In this document: positions 1 through 15,746 of the stretch, in pieces
Numbering within the stretch: position 1 is the stretch's first letter
How the letters are laid out: every line of letters begins with the position of its first letter
Notes under the pieces: generated by a model
Told to the model about the DNA's origin: nothing
Seen by the model: the letters and a program-made list of their open reading frames with translations, nothing else
The model's database searches: none
Position numbers and translations under genes: made by a program
DNA from: Phaeosaccion multiseriatum
Taxonomy: Eukaryota; Protista; Ochrophyta, other classes
Reading direction: 5' to 3'
Length of the DNA stretch: 64,000 bases
Assembly: GCA_965112735.1 (NCBI GenBank)
Contig: OZ218952.1
Coordinates: 2,294,001 to 2,358,000, forward strand

Positions 1-217
1 ACTTCTGCAGTCATCGGGCAAGAACCGTTCCACCACCACCACCACCACCACCACCACCACCACCACCAGCACCACCACCACCACCAGCAGCAGCAGCAGC
101 AACAGAAGCGACGGCGAGCACACGCTCCACTCAAAAGGCTTCCTGTGCTCGCCACAGAACTATTCGAAAAGTCAGTAACGAGCTCCTCATTCTCGATCCG
201 TTCAAGCAATGATCAGA

Positions 218-1022
218 TCAGAAGCGCCCCTTCCTACTTGTGGCTCTGCTAATGACGCTGTCAGCCACAGTTCTGTCCGACCGCTGGCTCACTCCCCCCC
301 CTCCTCCCCCTCCTCTCCTCCCCGCTGTCACATGGTTGGACAAGTCTAGCCGCCGAGAGCCGTCGCCGCCACCGACACTGCCATTACTGGACCTCCTCCC
401 CACCCCGTATTGGTCTGCTGCGCCTGGCCCTGAGCCCGCCCTCGACGAAGCTAAGTTCATCTCGTGGCGCATACTTCTCATCGAGCTGCTGCCATCTCCT
501 CCTCCTCGTGTGCTGCCTGCGGTGGAGCGCTGTGAGACTGCCCCTCGGCCTGTGCATCCGATTGGCGGAGAGGGGAGAGAAGAGGAGAGAAGAGAGATTG
601 ATTATAGAGAGCGTGAGAAGAGAAGGAGAAGAAAGAGATGAGAGAGGAGGTGACAATGAGAAAGAGGAAGAGGAAGACAACAAAAGAAGAAAGGGAGAAA
701 CAGAGCTGAGCAAAAGAAGGGGAGAGAGGGAGGCGTGAGGGCAGCGGCGGAATGGGGACCGACCGAAAGGAGTGCGGCGTTTGTGTGGTTTTTTACAATA
801 ACACTGTACATCAGATGGAGCAGCGGATGACACCAATACGTGGTTGAGTGAGGAGAGGGGAGATAGAACCGATGGAACACATGAAACAAACGGACCTGTT
901 CTGCTCGTGGGAGGAGGTTGAGGGGGCTCGCCCTCCACGAAGTCCGGATAGGCTTTGCTAAAGGCACCCAGCCCCCCTGTGTGAGTAGGTATGTAGGTGT
1001 GTGGGTGTGTGTGGGTGTGTGG

Positions 1023-1094
<72 letters not shown>

Positions 1095-2741
1095 CGACAA
1101 TGGTAACCAGTATATAGCAATGGTGAAATGGTGGTGGGAGATTGGTCGTGGGAGAGAGAGACGTCAAGGCACAAAGGGTGTAAGAGGGGGGCGGAAGAGG
1201 TGGGGGGGGGGAGGGGTTCACTCGCCATTTAAATGAAGGCTGTAGCGCCGTCCCTGCGGTAGGCAAATCAAAGCCGCACCCGAGCGCACTCAAGTATCCC
1301 GCCGCGCCGCCCATTCGCCCCCTCCCTCCCTCTCTCCCGCTCACCCTCGAACATCCTCCCCCTCCTTCTCCTCCTCCTCGTCCTGGTCCTCCTCCTGGTC
1401 CCTCTCCCCCACCTGAGAGCACAAAGATGTTGGTGAAACCCCTGGCAATGAGTGTGTTGGCGGCCTCTACGGCTAGGCGCTCCTCCGACTCGTACAGCAC
1501 TATGAGCTTGCCCTCCTGGTTGCGGAACCTTACAAGCTCTTGCGTTTGCCGGTCTTGCTTGAGATTCGACGCCGGAAAACAACGGGCCTAAGTCGTACAA
1601 TAGGGAGAGGGGGCAGGAAGGAACGCAGGCAGTGAGGCGTCTCTCGGTTTCAGCGTTGGCATGACTTGACATCATGGACGCAAGTTCAAAAGGGTAGACA
1701 GCGCAGCCCCACCCGGTGAGGGTGTAGACATTTCTCTCTGCAAGGGGAAGATCCTTCGCTACGGGTTCCTTCCATTGTTGCCGTCCTTCTTTCTTCCTTC
1801 CCTCCCTCCCTCCCTCTCTCCCTCCCTCCTCCAGAGCGTGACCATCGGTCTAGTGCCCCTCGCCTCTCCCGCACAGCGTCGTGTGTTTACCTGTGTGATG
1901 TGGCACAGTGAGAAGTCCTCGGGCCGCCGCATGTCAAGTATCAGGTACGGCCGATCGTATTCCGGGCGGTCCTGAACAGGCCGGCGGGGAGGAAGGAGGG
2001 AGGGGGTGTTTGCCAATGGTTTCAATAGGTACTTTACAGTGTCAATCTGCAGCACAATGATTGAGTAGGGGGCGGGGGCAGTCAAATCAATCAATCCTCC
2101 TCCCTCCCGAGCCGGTCCTGAACGAATGCAGGACAGGACAGAGGCGAAGAGAAGAGACTGCCCCTCACCTCCTGGTCGTGCACAACGATCTTGGGCCCGT
2201 GGTTGTCCGGGTCTGTGTTTCCCCGATGGTCTTCCATGCCCTCGAAGGAGTCTCGCTCGTACTCGGCAAACAGCTCGTACAATTGGGGGGGGCTGCTCGA
2301 ATACGATCACGACCACGAGCAGCAGCAGCAGCAGCAGCAGGGAGGCGCGAGATGATGAGGGCCGAGAATGGTAAGCGAAAACCAGAGGACTTTTCCCAAT
2401 CCCCACGCCACCTCATCACGGGTGCGGCATGAGTCCCGTCTCTCCTACCGGGACGCTGCCAAATCCCTTTCTGCCATGCAAAGGAGAGCGAGGCAGTCTA
2501 ACCGCTTGCTCTACTGCCTCCACCTCCTGTGCTCCACTCTTGTTCGGCCTTACCTCAGCCGGGCGAAGTCCTCGTCTCTTCTACGCAGGTACTGCCTCGC
2601 TGTGATGTTGGAAACCTTGTGCACGGTCATGCCCGAGTTGACCCTTCCCTCCACGTGCTCATAGCGAGGGTTGCGGGGCACCTTGCGCTCCATCGTCGAC
2701 AGCCTACTGCCGCTTCTGCTCTCATTCTGGTGAACAGGCAT
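218..2741 (-). CDS. CEP41: Centrosomal protein 41-like, rhodanese-fold ciliary/basal-body protein (multi-exon)
   Basis: Exons read MPVHQ...KVPRNPRYEHVEGRVNSG, YELFAEYE..., PYLILDMRRPEDFSLCHITQ, FRNQEGKLIVLYESEERLAVEAANTLIARGFTNIFVLSG|GLGAFSKAYPDFVEG, matching the CEP41 pattern GK-I-LY-x-x-ERLA-x-AA...RGF-N-F-LSGGL. The last exon ends ...ATSRKGRF* (218-220). Some middle exon borders are uncertain. Confidence 0.85.
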
Positions 2742-3072
2742 GGTGGGGCTGCCCAATGAGCTACAAGCACCGTGCTTACTGGATCCCTTCCCACACACCA
2801 ACAACCGAGGGTCTCTGTCTCTTTCAGACCAGTCCTGATAGGTGCTGCTTTGATGAGTCGAGGGAGGCAGGGCGAAGTAATCCCAGAGAGGACAGTAGAG
2901 ATAACCCAGGAGGGCAGGTGCTTTAGGGAGGGAGAGAGAGGAAAAGAGCAACTAGATCGATCGATCAGAAGCAGGCAGTTTAAACGTTGAATTTTCCATA
3001 TCAGCTCATTCGCCCCTCGACTTTCAACACGACAACACAACATTCCCACCCATTTTGATCCATTTTTTATAT

Positions 3073-3472
3073 ATGCTGGACCTCACCCTGAGTAACAACA
3101 TCTGCAGGACGGCCCTGAATGTGCTCCACACGGACACCACACCGGGAGCGGCAGCAGCCAACAGCGAGACCCGCAAGCGGCACTATGCCAACACTTCCGA
3201 CCGAGAGCGTGTTCGCCTCTCACCACCTTCGCCATCGAGACCCACGGACGACTCGGTGCACAGGCGCAATAACTCCTCCACGCACTCGCCGAGCACGTTG
3301 TCTCCCGCACGGGCCGCACCCGCTCAAGGGTAACGTCCTGACCAGCAGGCTTCGCCGTCTCGTCAGCTGCAGCCACCAGATGTGGCTCTCGGAGCGAGAG
3401 CGCGCCTTCCTGGGCCGGCTCAACCGCGGCGCCGGACCAGCACTCCTTCTCCCCGACCAAGAGGGGGAGTAA
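3073..3472 (+). mobile_element. Decayed 3' fragment of a non-LTR retrotransposon (restriction-like endonuclease C-terminus)
   Basis: Joined across two frameshifts and a TAA at 3270-3272: LDLTL...PGAAAANSETRKRHY...TTFAIETHGRLGAQAQ*LLHALAEH...KGNVLTSRLRRLVSCSHQMWLS. This fits the D...K-x-x-Y...FAxETxGxLG pattern of RLE-type elements. Confidence 0.65.
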
Positions 3473-3967
3473 CTGGCCCCTCGCGGGCCCCAGATACGCA
3501 GAGACACATGCACACACACACACACACACACACGCGCACACACACAGTTTTTTTTTCTTCAATAACTATACTCTCCTCCGCCGGCCGCCATGCCTGGCGG
3601 TCTGTTTGTAAGTACTAAAGCAAGTATAAAAAGCTCTGTCGCGGGCAGGGCAGTGTTGCTATGGCGCATTAATCAATTGGCGGGCCGCCTGTTTCGGGCC
3701 AGCCGTTGCTTTGGGGTCTGGTAAACTAACTCTGAACTACTCCACCCACGCTGCACGCCTGACGACCAAGCAGGTGACAGTATGGGCCGGCAAGCGTATA
3801 CTAAGGAGGTCAACGACCAAGAGCTCTTGCCTACAATTGCGCCATGCTTGTCCGTCAGATGTTGGATTTCTCTTGGACCGCGCGCCAATCACCGAGGAAA
3901 ACACGCTCCGACAAAGTGTAATTAATGCACACTCACTCGAGGAGCCGACCGAGTGTCCCTCCCAAGC

Positions 3968-4012
<45 letters not shown>

Positions 4013-4088
4013 TCCACTCGCCTAGATGGATGCCCAGCCACTCATTTAGATCTAGCCAAGTACCGCTGCTCTCGCTCGTCTAGCCTAG

Positions 4089-6113
4089 CTACCGCTTGCG
4101 AGAGGACGAGAGGTCGATGCCCAAATTCTCCGGGTAGCCCACCTGCTCGCAGTGGGGCCAACTGAAGTCATCATACACGTAGTCAATGCCCCCCTGCCGT
4201 AACGACGGGTCCAGCAGGTCGTACAGCTCTCGGTTGGTGTAAAAGTGGCCCTCATTGTCAAACAAATTCTCGTACCCCAGCACATCCCCCTCGGCGTGCC
4301 CCGCACAGTCCTTGGGTGTGTGTTGGTAATTGCGATCGGGCCAAGTCTCGTCCGACATCCCCGCAAGCCTCCGTACATGCCACAAACGGTCAATGGTCGG
4401 GTGGAGAGGCCAAAAGGCCGGATCTACAGACGCGGCGCTGCTCATGGCATCCCCTACGAAGGGCGTTTCTCCATCCACGTTACAGAACATGGCCAGCACG
4501 TCCTGTGAAATGTCCCTTCCCTTGTGGTCGAGTAGATAGTCCCCGCCAATGGCCAGCTTGGACAGCATCTCGCTCACTCGCCCGTCTCGCACCCACTCGT
4601 CAAAGGCCGGGCAAGTACACGTGCACATCGCCTCTTCGTTCTTCTCCACTTCCTCCTCCCCCTCCTCCGCTTCCTCCAGCTCGGAGCAGGTGCTGTCCGA
4701 CGGGCAGGTGCTGAGGCCGAACCTCCACATGTCCTTCTGGAAACCAAAGGCCTTGAGCGGGATGGCGTTGGCCTTGTTCGGCGCCTGTCCCTCACTCCCA
4801 TACCACTCCAGAAAGCGTGCTTTATAGTCGACGCCCCACGCTCCCGCCAGCAGCGTGTGCACCGACCCGTGCGGCTTGTACTGGATCTGCAGGCCGAAGG
4901 TGGCCCAGTCCGTGAGCTGCAGCTGATCGTAATGGAACTCACAGCCGGGCACCTTGTCGAAAGTGGCCCCAAACATGGTGCGGCTCCTCGATAGGAAGCG
5001 GTCTGGGTTTTGGTTCCAGGGGGAGCGCACCAATCCATAGCCGTTGGTGGGTTGCCCGTCCATGGACTCATTGTCCCAGTCCTTTGGATCTACGGAGATG
5101 AAGCCCCACCGCCCCTGGGTCACCACGTAGTTCTCTTCGGGCGTACCAAAGCCACCCAAGGCGTCGTCTTGCAACACTTCACTGTCATAAAAGGCGTCAA
5201 TGTCCCCCTCTGCCATGATGACATTGGTGGACTCAATGGAGAAGTCCCAATAGGGTATAACGATGCGGCGGTCAATCAGCCGTAGCACCTGCTCAAACTC
5301 CAGCGTCATGGCCATATGGTTGGTTAGGAACCCGAGCCCGTCGTGGGCGTGGTCGCACACCAGCTGCCCCGCCTCTGCGTTGTGCAGCTTCACGTAATAG
5401 AAGGCGTCTCTGTAACCGTTACCGTACACCTCCCTCCCCTCGGCGGTGGGTGTGCGGTAGAGGTACTCCATGGCGTCGAGGAAAGTCGCCTTGTCTTCTG
5501 CGTCTAAAGTGCGGATCTCTCGCCGTACGTACTTGACCACCACCTCCCACGACACGGAGCGGAGCGGCTTGCTCGCGTCGCTCAGGTCGTACTCCTCCAG
5601 CAGCACGGGCACCACTGTTGCTGCTGCTGGTGCTGCTGCTGCAACATTGTTTCTCTCCTCACCCGCTGCTGCGGCTGACCTCGTCGAGAAGACGACGCTA
5701 GCCGTTTTGCCTTCGTACCCCTTTCCTTGCACCACCCAGCGATACCTGAGAGCGCCAGAGCCCTCCACTCCTCCTTCTGCTTCTTGGTGCTCGCTAGGCA
5801 AGCCTAGAGCAATAAGAGTGGTCTCCACGTAGGGCTCTACTATCTGCATGGTGCCCCGTAACCAGGGATAGTTGAGGCCGGCCGGTTTGTGTCGGTACGC
5901 GAGGGTGTACTTGTTGCCCGCGAAGAAGCCAAGGCCCCCCTCCCCTCCCTCTTCCTCGGGCGCCACTGCTGTAAAAATGGCGGGAAAGTACTGCCCCACA
6001 ACCTGTCGTATGAAGGACATGTCCATCATGTCCTCCTCCACGCCACTGGTGTTCAAGTCCTGCCCCCCTTCTCCTCTCTTCTCAAGCCTCGTAAGGATCG
6101 CTTGCTTGAGCTC

Positions 6114-6160
<47 letters not shown>

Positions 6161-6461
6161 GCTGCTGCTGATACTGTTGAGGCTCGTAGCCTACCACCAC
6201 CGTCGAGACTCCGGTGGCAGATAAGGACCTCACGACAGCCAAAGCCGCCACCACTCCAAAGCCTACGACAACCAGCTTGGCTACTCTGCTGCCTCTCCAC
6301 GACATCGACCGGCACACCTCCTCCTTCTCCCCCTCCTCCTCCTCCTCCTCCTCCTCCGGACTCTCCCAGAAACCATACACAGAAGAGGAAGGTAAGGGCG
6401 AAGGAGAAACTGGGCGTCGCCTCTTGCCTGAACTTCCAGACACCGCACCATAGTACCGCAT
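4089..6461 (-). CDS. Tyrosinase / type-3 copper oxidase with N-terminal membrane anchor, intronless, 790 aa
   Basis: VRREIRTL entry motif; CuA region KLHN...CDHAHDGLGFLTNH; PYWDFS; CuB region PHGSVH...ASVDPAFWPLHPTIDRLWH; hydrophobic LVVVGFGVVAALAVV near the N-terminus. The start could be the downstream Met (MSWRG). Confidence 0.9.
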
Positions 6462-6747
6462 CGTGCGCCCCCAGGCAGGCGAGCTTGGAAAGAAGCTATG
6501 ACTACGTCGTCCGTACTTGCGGCGCTCTTGTCCTCGGGCCTCGAAGCCAAGCTGATTCTGCTTCTGCTGCGATGGGGTGTGATTTGTTTGTATTGATACA
6601 ATGTAGTGGTTCTTCAGTTACAGCGTCCATAAGGCAATGAAATTACGTAAGGCCCTTAACCTTTACTCTTAGTTGAAGCTCATTTCCATATCACATTTCT
6701 CCACGTTGCTCCCCTTCCTCCCTTCACTGTGACAACAACTTGTGCTC

Positions 6748-7384
6748 ATGATGCGTGACTGTGCGTTGACCGTGCTGCTGCTGGTGCTGAGCATCGCCGG
6801 CAGCTCAGCCTTTCTCCTGATGGGAGGAGCAATGAAGATGGGCGTTCATAACAGCCCATCCAGCCCAACGAACAGGAGAGACCTGTTGAAGAGCATCAGC
6901 ACGGGCGCGTTTGCCTCCGCTGTTGCAGGTGCTGCAGTGGTGCCTGGGGCGTACGCGAAAACCTTGAGTAAACGTTTGGGCGAAGAACAACTGAGCGCTC
7001 TGGACTCATTGGAAGCCAAGATGGACCGGTCGCAGGAAGGAAAGCCTATCGGCGCTCAGGAGCCCGAGGGGGAGGAGAAGGGGCCGGCGCCCCCGGTGTA
7101 TGAGGGCGAGGGGGGGCGCAAGCGCCGTGCTCTGGCTCTCTGTGAGGTATGTTTGCTCATCCAAATCGTCTTCCTCGTATCCTCCACTCTTTGCCTCGTC
7201 GCCACCTCGAGCGCTGGCCCTGCTAAGTAAGACTTCTTTTGTCTTGCCATGGCTTGTTTCCTCTGCTTGTGTACCTCTCCAGAACAAGGACATCCTAAAG
7301 AAGGCCTACAAGGCCGGGGGCAAAAAGGCATGCAAAAAGGCGATCTTCGACGGAGACCTTTCTGTCTTGGATGTGAAACTTTGA
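6748..7384 (+). CDS. Plastid thylakoid-lumen protein of unknown function (exons 6748-7146, 7283-7384)
   Basis: Signal peptide ending GSSA-FLL (ASAFAP-like), transit peptide, then twin-arginine NRRDLL + hydrophobic stretch + AYA. The phase-0 GT-AG intron joins ...RALALCE|NKDILKK...KACKKAIFDGDL...*. Confidence 0.75.
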
Positions 7385-7671
7385 GCGTTACACACGTTAC
7401 GTGTTGGGCGGGGGCTCTGTTACATGGAGGTCGATACGTTAAGAGGGAGAGAAGGCAGGATTGCCCGTAGTCCATAGAGGTTTAGAGGACGGTGGGGCTG
7501 GGATCAAATAAGAGACAACAGTTTCTACACACAAGAACTACTTACACAATATGATTATAGCAAACCAAACTAAATGAAACAATTTTTATGTACAGTAAGT
7601 AGTCTCATCGCACTCGTCACTCTCTCGACGATCCCGTCTTGCCAAGGCGAAGCAAGTCAGGAAGACGCCGT

Positions 7672-12024
<4,353 letters not shown>

Positions 12025-12238
12025 TTCGACACCAGATGCTTGTTTTTGTCACACAAGTAAGCTCAGAGACATCCTCGCCCTCGCAAGGCAGAGCAGTCTG
12101 GCCCAGCTGCAATCCTCGCTTTCCTACGCCATCAGTATCTACTCTCCTCCCAGCCTGTGGACTGCATCGTGTCTGCTCTCCCCTTAGATAATCCCCTTAT
12201 TACCGCAGGCTGGAAATTTCGTTACAGAATTTGTTTGG

Positions 12239-15220
12239 ATGTCAATGAAATTGCAGAGCGAGTCTTTCTCCTCCCGTCATGCGTATACTAAGGCTCTGGT
12301 ATGTGGAGGTAGGGAGGGTATGATACCCGGAGTAGCTGTCGCGGATGCGGCAGCAGGTCGGGCAAAGAAAAAGTCTCCAGAAGCTGTGGTACGGAGGAAC
12401 TTCTCTCGCAGTGGTTCCAATAGCGGTGCGACACACACACACACAGAAATACGGAAGCTGAAGTTAAAAGCGTCGAAGACAGCAAAGGCAGTTCCCGAAG
12501 AGGGGGAGAAATACCTGAAAGACGGTGAAAAGGCGGGTGACATTGGGAGTAATGACCCCTCAGATGACGACAGCAGTAGTAGCGGCAGTAGCGAGAGTGA
12601 GGAGGATAGGGAGGAGAAAGGTGCGCAGCAAGCACGGAAGAAGCAGGGGGTGGGCCCTGGAAAGGGGAGAAAGAGAAATCCATTGGCCAAGCGGCTCCGT
12701 GCAAGTAAGGGTAAGAGTACCAAGGCCCAGAAGGTCGTACAGAAGAAAGATAATGACAGCAGTGACGGTGAGGACAGCAGCGAGGACGAAGGATCGCAGC
12801 AAGATCGAGAGAAGACGGAGGAGAGTGCTTTGAACAAGGAGGGGAAGGGAAAGCCACTGGCCAAGAGACTCCCTGCTGGTAAGGGCAAAAGCTCCAAGGT
12901 GCACAAGGCTGCACACACGCCAAGGGGAATGCAGAGGGGGCCTGGACACAAATGCTCGAAAGGGGCAGGAGGGACGAGATTAGGGAGAAGGAGACAACGA
13001 ACAAGGCATGAGGGGGCTGGGGAGCATGGTGGCGACAGCAGCGAAGAGGACGGGGAACGGGAGGAGAATAGAGAGGAGAGCGCGGCACAGACGGAGAACA
13101 TCCCACGCAAGTCGAGTGCCTCTCGGGTGGAAGGCCTGCGAGGACGCAAGAAGCATGTTTCCTCAGGTGCGAGGAGAAAAAGTCGGCGGAAGACAAGCGT
13201 TGGGGGCAGGAGTAAGAGGGCAGGTAGCGGCATGAGCGAGGAAGGACAAGCAGGGGCGGAAGGGGGGGGTGAAGACGGGGCTCAAAAGAAGGACAGCAAT
13301 GGCGAAGGAAAGCGCACATCTGGTCTGAAGGAGGGAGACGAGCTTTTCAATTTTGACGCCATCATGGCGGGTAAGCTTGCAGCGATGAAAGATTCTAGAC
13401 TGGCGAGGGAGAGGGAAGCGCGACGAAAGAAGAGGGAAAAGGCTCGCATCAAACGAGAGGTTAGGATGCTCAAGAAGAAGAGGGAGAGAGAAAGGCAGGA
13501 GGCGGCAGAGCGGCTAGAGATTGAGCGTCTCCTCGTGGAGGAGGAAAAGGCCAATCTCACCCAAAGATTGAATGCCATGAGGAGGGCGAAAAAGGCAAAG
13601 TACGAGAGGGAGAAGATGCAAAGGTCTCTCGGCCTTAGCACCACCCCCACCCCAGGCCCCCGAGCTTGGGCCAAGACTGCGGGTACCGCCAAATGGCGCG
13701 GGGACGAAGACAGAGAAGGGGAAGGAGAAGGAGATGGAGATGGAGACGGTCCTGACACCAGTCTGGACGGGGCTGATCGAGCTGGTGGGGCTCTGGGCGG
13801 GGTTGGGGCGGGGGCTCTGACTAGGGCAGTGAGGGGGGCTTCGGCTGGTCTGGGCAGCCTGGGCGGGGGGCTGGACGGCTTCGAGGGGATTCAAGGTACG
13901 GAGGGCGGAGGGATCGGGGTATTGAACGCGTGGAGAGCCCAGCCAGCAGGCCCAGATGGGCTAGCGGCAGTCTCCCTCTCCTCCTTCGCCCAACAACAGC
14001 AGGCAGGGCTGTCCGGCCTGATGGGAAGGGGGGTGGTGAAGGGCGGGGCGGGGGCAACATTGGTTGCTCGGGGAGGGCTGGCCACGTCTGAAGTAGAGGT
14101 GGCTTCCGGTGGGGAAGGGGGAGCTACGCTTAACGCGAGAGCATGGGCGAGAGAACCCGCTGATCCTGGGGGGAAGCAGCCAGTGCAGCCGCAGGACCAG
14201 AACCAGGGGCGTGTCCAAGCAAGGCACGGTGAGGAGGGGCAGCCGCACCATCCCCGCAAACAGCAGTTGGTGATACAGCAGCAACGAGGAACCATGCCCC
14301 TTTCCCCTCTATGTATTTCCAGCAGGGCGAGGAGTCCACCGAATCGAGAGCTATTGGCAGCCGGCAATGCTGCAATCCTGACCCGGACCACCACGGTGAT
14401 GCTGAGTCCGCCTCGCCTGGGCTTGTCTTCTGCCAAGAAGGCGACTGCGACTGCGAATGCATGGACCATGGCAGAAGCAAGCCAGCAACAAGGAGGAGGG
14501 GGAGGAGGAGGAGGAGGAGGAGGAGGAGGAGGAGGAGGAGGAGGACGAGGAGGAGGAGGAGGAGGAGGAGGAGGAGGAGGAGCAGGAGGAGGAGGAGGAG
14601 AAGGAGGAGGAGGAGGAGGAGGAGCAGGAGGAGGAGGAGGAGAAGGAGGAGGAGGAGGAGGAACAGGAGGAGGAGTAGCCGCAGGAGAAGGAGGAGGAGG
14701 AGGAGGAGGAGGAGGAGGAGGAGGAGGAGGAGCAGCAGCAGGAGGAGGAGTAGCCGCAGGAGAAGGAGAAGGAGCAGAAGCAGGAGCAGCAGTAGGAGGA
14801 CGAACAGGAGGAGGAGGAGCAGCAGCAGCAGGAGGAGGAGCAGCAGCAGCAGGAGGAGGAGGAGGAGGAGGAGCAGCAGGAGGAGGAGTAGCCGCAGGAG
14901 GAGGAGGAGGAGCAGCAGGAGGAGTAGCCGCAGGAGAAGGAGAAGGAGCAGAAGCAGGAGCAGCAATAGGAGGACGAACAGGAGGAGGAGGAGGAGTAGA
15001 AGGATCGGACTGGAGCGCCGGTTGGGCAGGCTCAGGCCGCCGCACCAACCCCAAGGCAGAGGTCCTTCGCCTTGCGTGCATGGTATCGCCGCCACTCCTC
15101 TCCGGTCGGATGCATCCGGCCATGCCCTCGGGAGTGGCGGGAGGGGCCAAGTGGTCGCCAATCTTCAAGATGCGGACAGTTGCGCAAAAGGCAGTCAAGT
15201 GCTTCCGAGAAGTCAGATAG
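12239..15220 (+). CDS. Hypothetical 993-aa basic/acidic low-complexity protein with a coiled coil and a GGA-encoded Gly-rich tract
   Basis: Uninterrupted 3-kb ORF. It has K/R-rich segments with a duplicated GKGKxxPLAKRLxAxKGKS motif and a helical ELFNFDAIMAGKL...KMQRSLGL block. The start is uncertain and the 3' end may splice further. Confidence 0.6.
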   Translation: MSMKLQSESFSSRHAYTKALVCGGREGMIPGVAVADAAAGRAKKKSPEAVVRRNFSRSGSNSGATHTHTEIRKLKLKASKTAKAVPEEGEKYLKDGEKAGDIGSNDPSDDDSSSSGSSESEEDREEKGAQQARKKQGVGPGKGRKRNPLAKRLRASKGKSTKAQKVVQKKDNDSSDGEDSSEDEGSQQDREKTEESALNKEGKGKPLAKRLPAGKGKSSKVHKAAHTPRGMQRGPGHKCSKGAGGTRLGRRRQRTRHEGAGEHGGDSSEEDGEREENREESAAQTENIPRKSSASRVEGLRGRKKHVSSGARRKSRRKTSVGGRSKRAGSGMSEEGQAGAEGGGEDGAQKKDSNGEGKRTSGLKEGDELFNFDAIMAGKLAAMKDSRLAREREARRKKREKARIKREVRMLKKKRERERQEAAERLEIERLLVEEEKANLTQRLNAMRRAKKAKYEREKMQRSLGLSTTPTPGPRAWAKTAGTAKWRGDEDREGEGEGDGDGDGPDTSLDGADRAGGALGGVGAGALTRAVRGASAGLGSLGGGLDGFEGIQGTEGGGIGVLNAWRAQPAGPDGLAAVSLSSFAQQQQAGLSGLMGRGVVKGGAGATLVARGGLATSEVEVASGGEGGATLNARAWAREPADPGGKQPVQPQDQNQGRVQARHGEEGQPHHPRKQQLVIQQQRGTMPLSPLCISSRARSPPNRELLAAGNAAILTRTTTVMLSPPRLGLSSAKKATATANAWTMAEASQQQGGGGGGGGGGGGGGGGGGRGGGGGGGGGGGAGGGGGEGGGGGGGAGGGGGEGGGGGGTGGGVAAGEGGGGGGGGGGGGGGAAAGGGVAAGEGEGAEAGAAVGGRTGGGGAAAAGGGAAAAGGGGGGGAAGGGVAAGGGGGAAGGVAAGEGEGAEAGAAIGGRTGGGGGVEGSDWSAGWAGSGRRTNPKAEVLRLACMVSPPLLSGRMHPAMPSGVAGGAKWSPIFKMRTVAQKAVKCFREVR
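14492..15000 (+). repeat. Compound (GGA)n/(GCA)n coding microsatellite with internal duplications
   Basis: About 500 bp of GGA repeats. The unit encoding GGVAAGEGEGAEAGAA[VI]GGRTGGGG occurs twice. Confidence 0.9.
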
Positions 15221-15226
15221 CACACG

Positions 15227-15286
<60 letters not shown>

Positions 15287-15746
15287 TCGTTTATCGTCGG
15301 CCGCACCGCCCCGCCTGTCCGGGGCGCGTCGGCCCTTCCCCTGCCCAAACACTGCTAATTGGCGTTCTACTATGCTGTGCTCAACCTTTGACGATGACCG
15401 TCAATGATGGACCGTCTGTGGTGCCGTCCGCTGGCGTGGTCTGGCCTCCTCTGCTGGCTCGCAGCCTGCCGCTGAGTCGTGGACGGCTTTCCGTTTTGTA
15501 TCCTCGCCGTGCAGCACTGTCACGCAGCATGCGGCACGGGAGCTCAAGTATCCGACTTAAGTAACAGGTGGGGTGGATCGAACGTATCCATCTTACGTAT
15601 ACAGCTAGTGTTGATGGTTGGCTGAGCTACTTCAGCCCCCCTCCCTTTGGCACCCCACCCCCATGGCTCTCGCCTCCGAAGCGATGCTCTTCAAGCAGCT
15701 CTTGCAGCTACCTAGGTCCGCGCCCTTCTCGGCCTACCCAGCTCGC

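Noticed and set aside
1-215. Possible 3' end of a plus-strand gene (CAC/CAG repeats)
   Set aside because: All three frames are briefly open and none can be chosen from the window alone.
13891-15564. Poly-Pro, poly-Leu, poly-Arg and poly-Glu ORFs overlapping the 993-aa ORF
   Set aside because: Alternative frames of one (GGA)n tract. The same applies to similar ORFs at 8.2-9.5, 32.5-33.7 and 41-42.3 kb.
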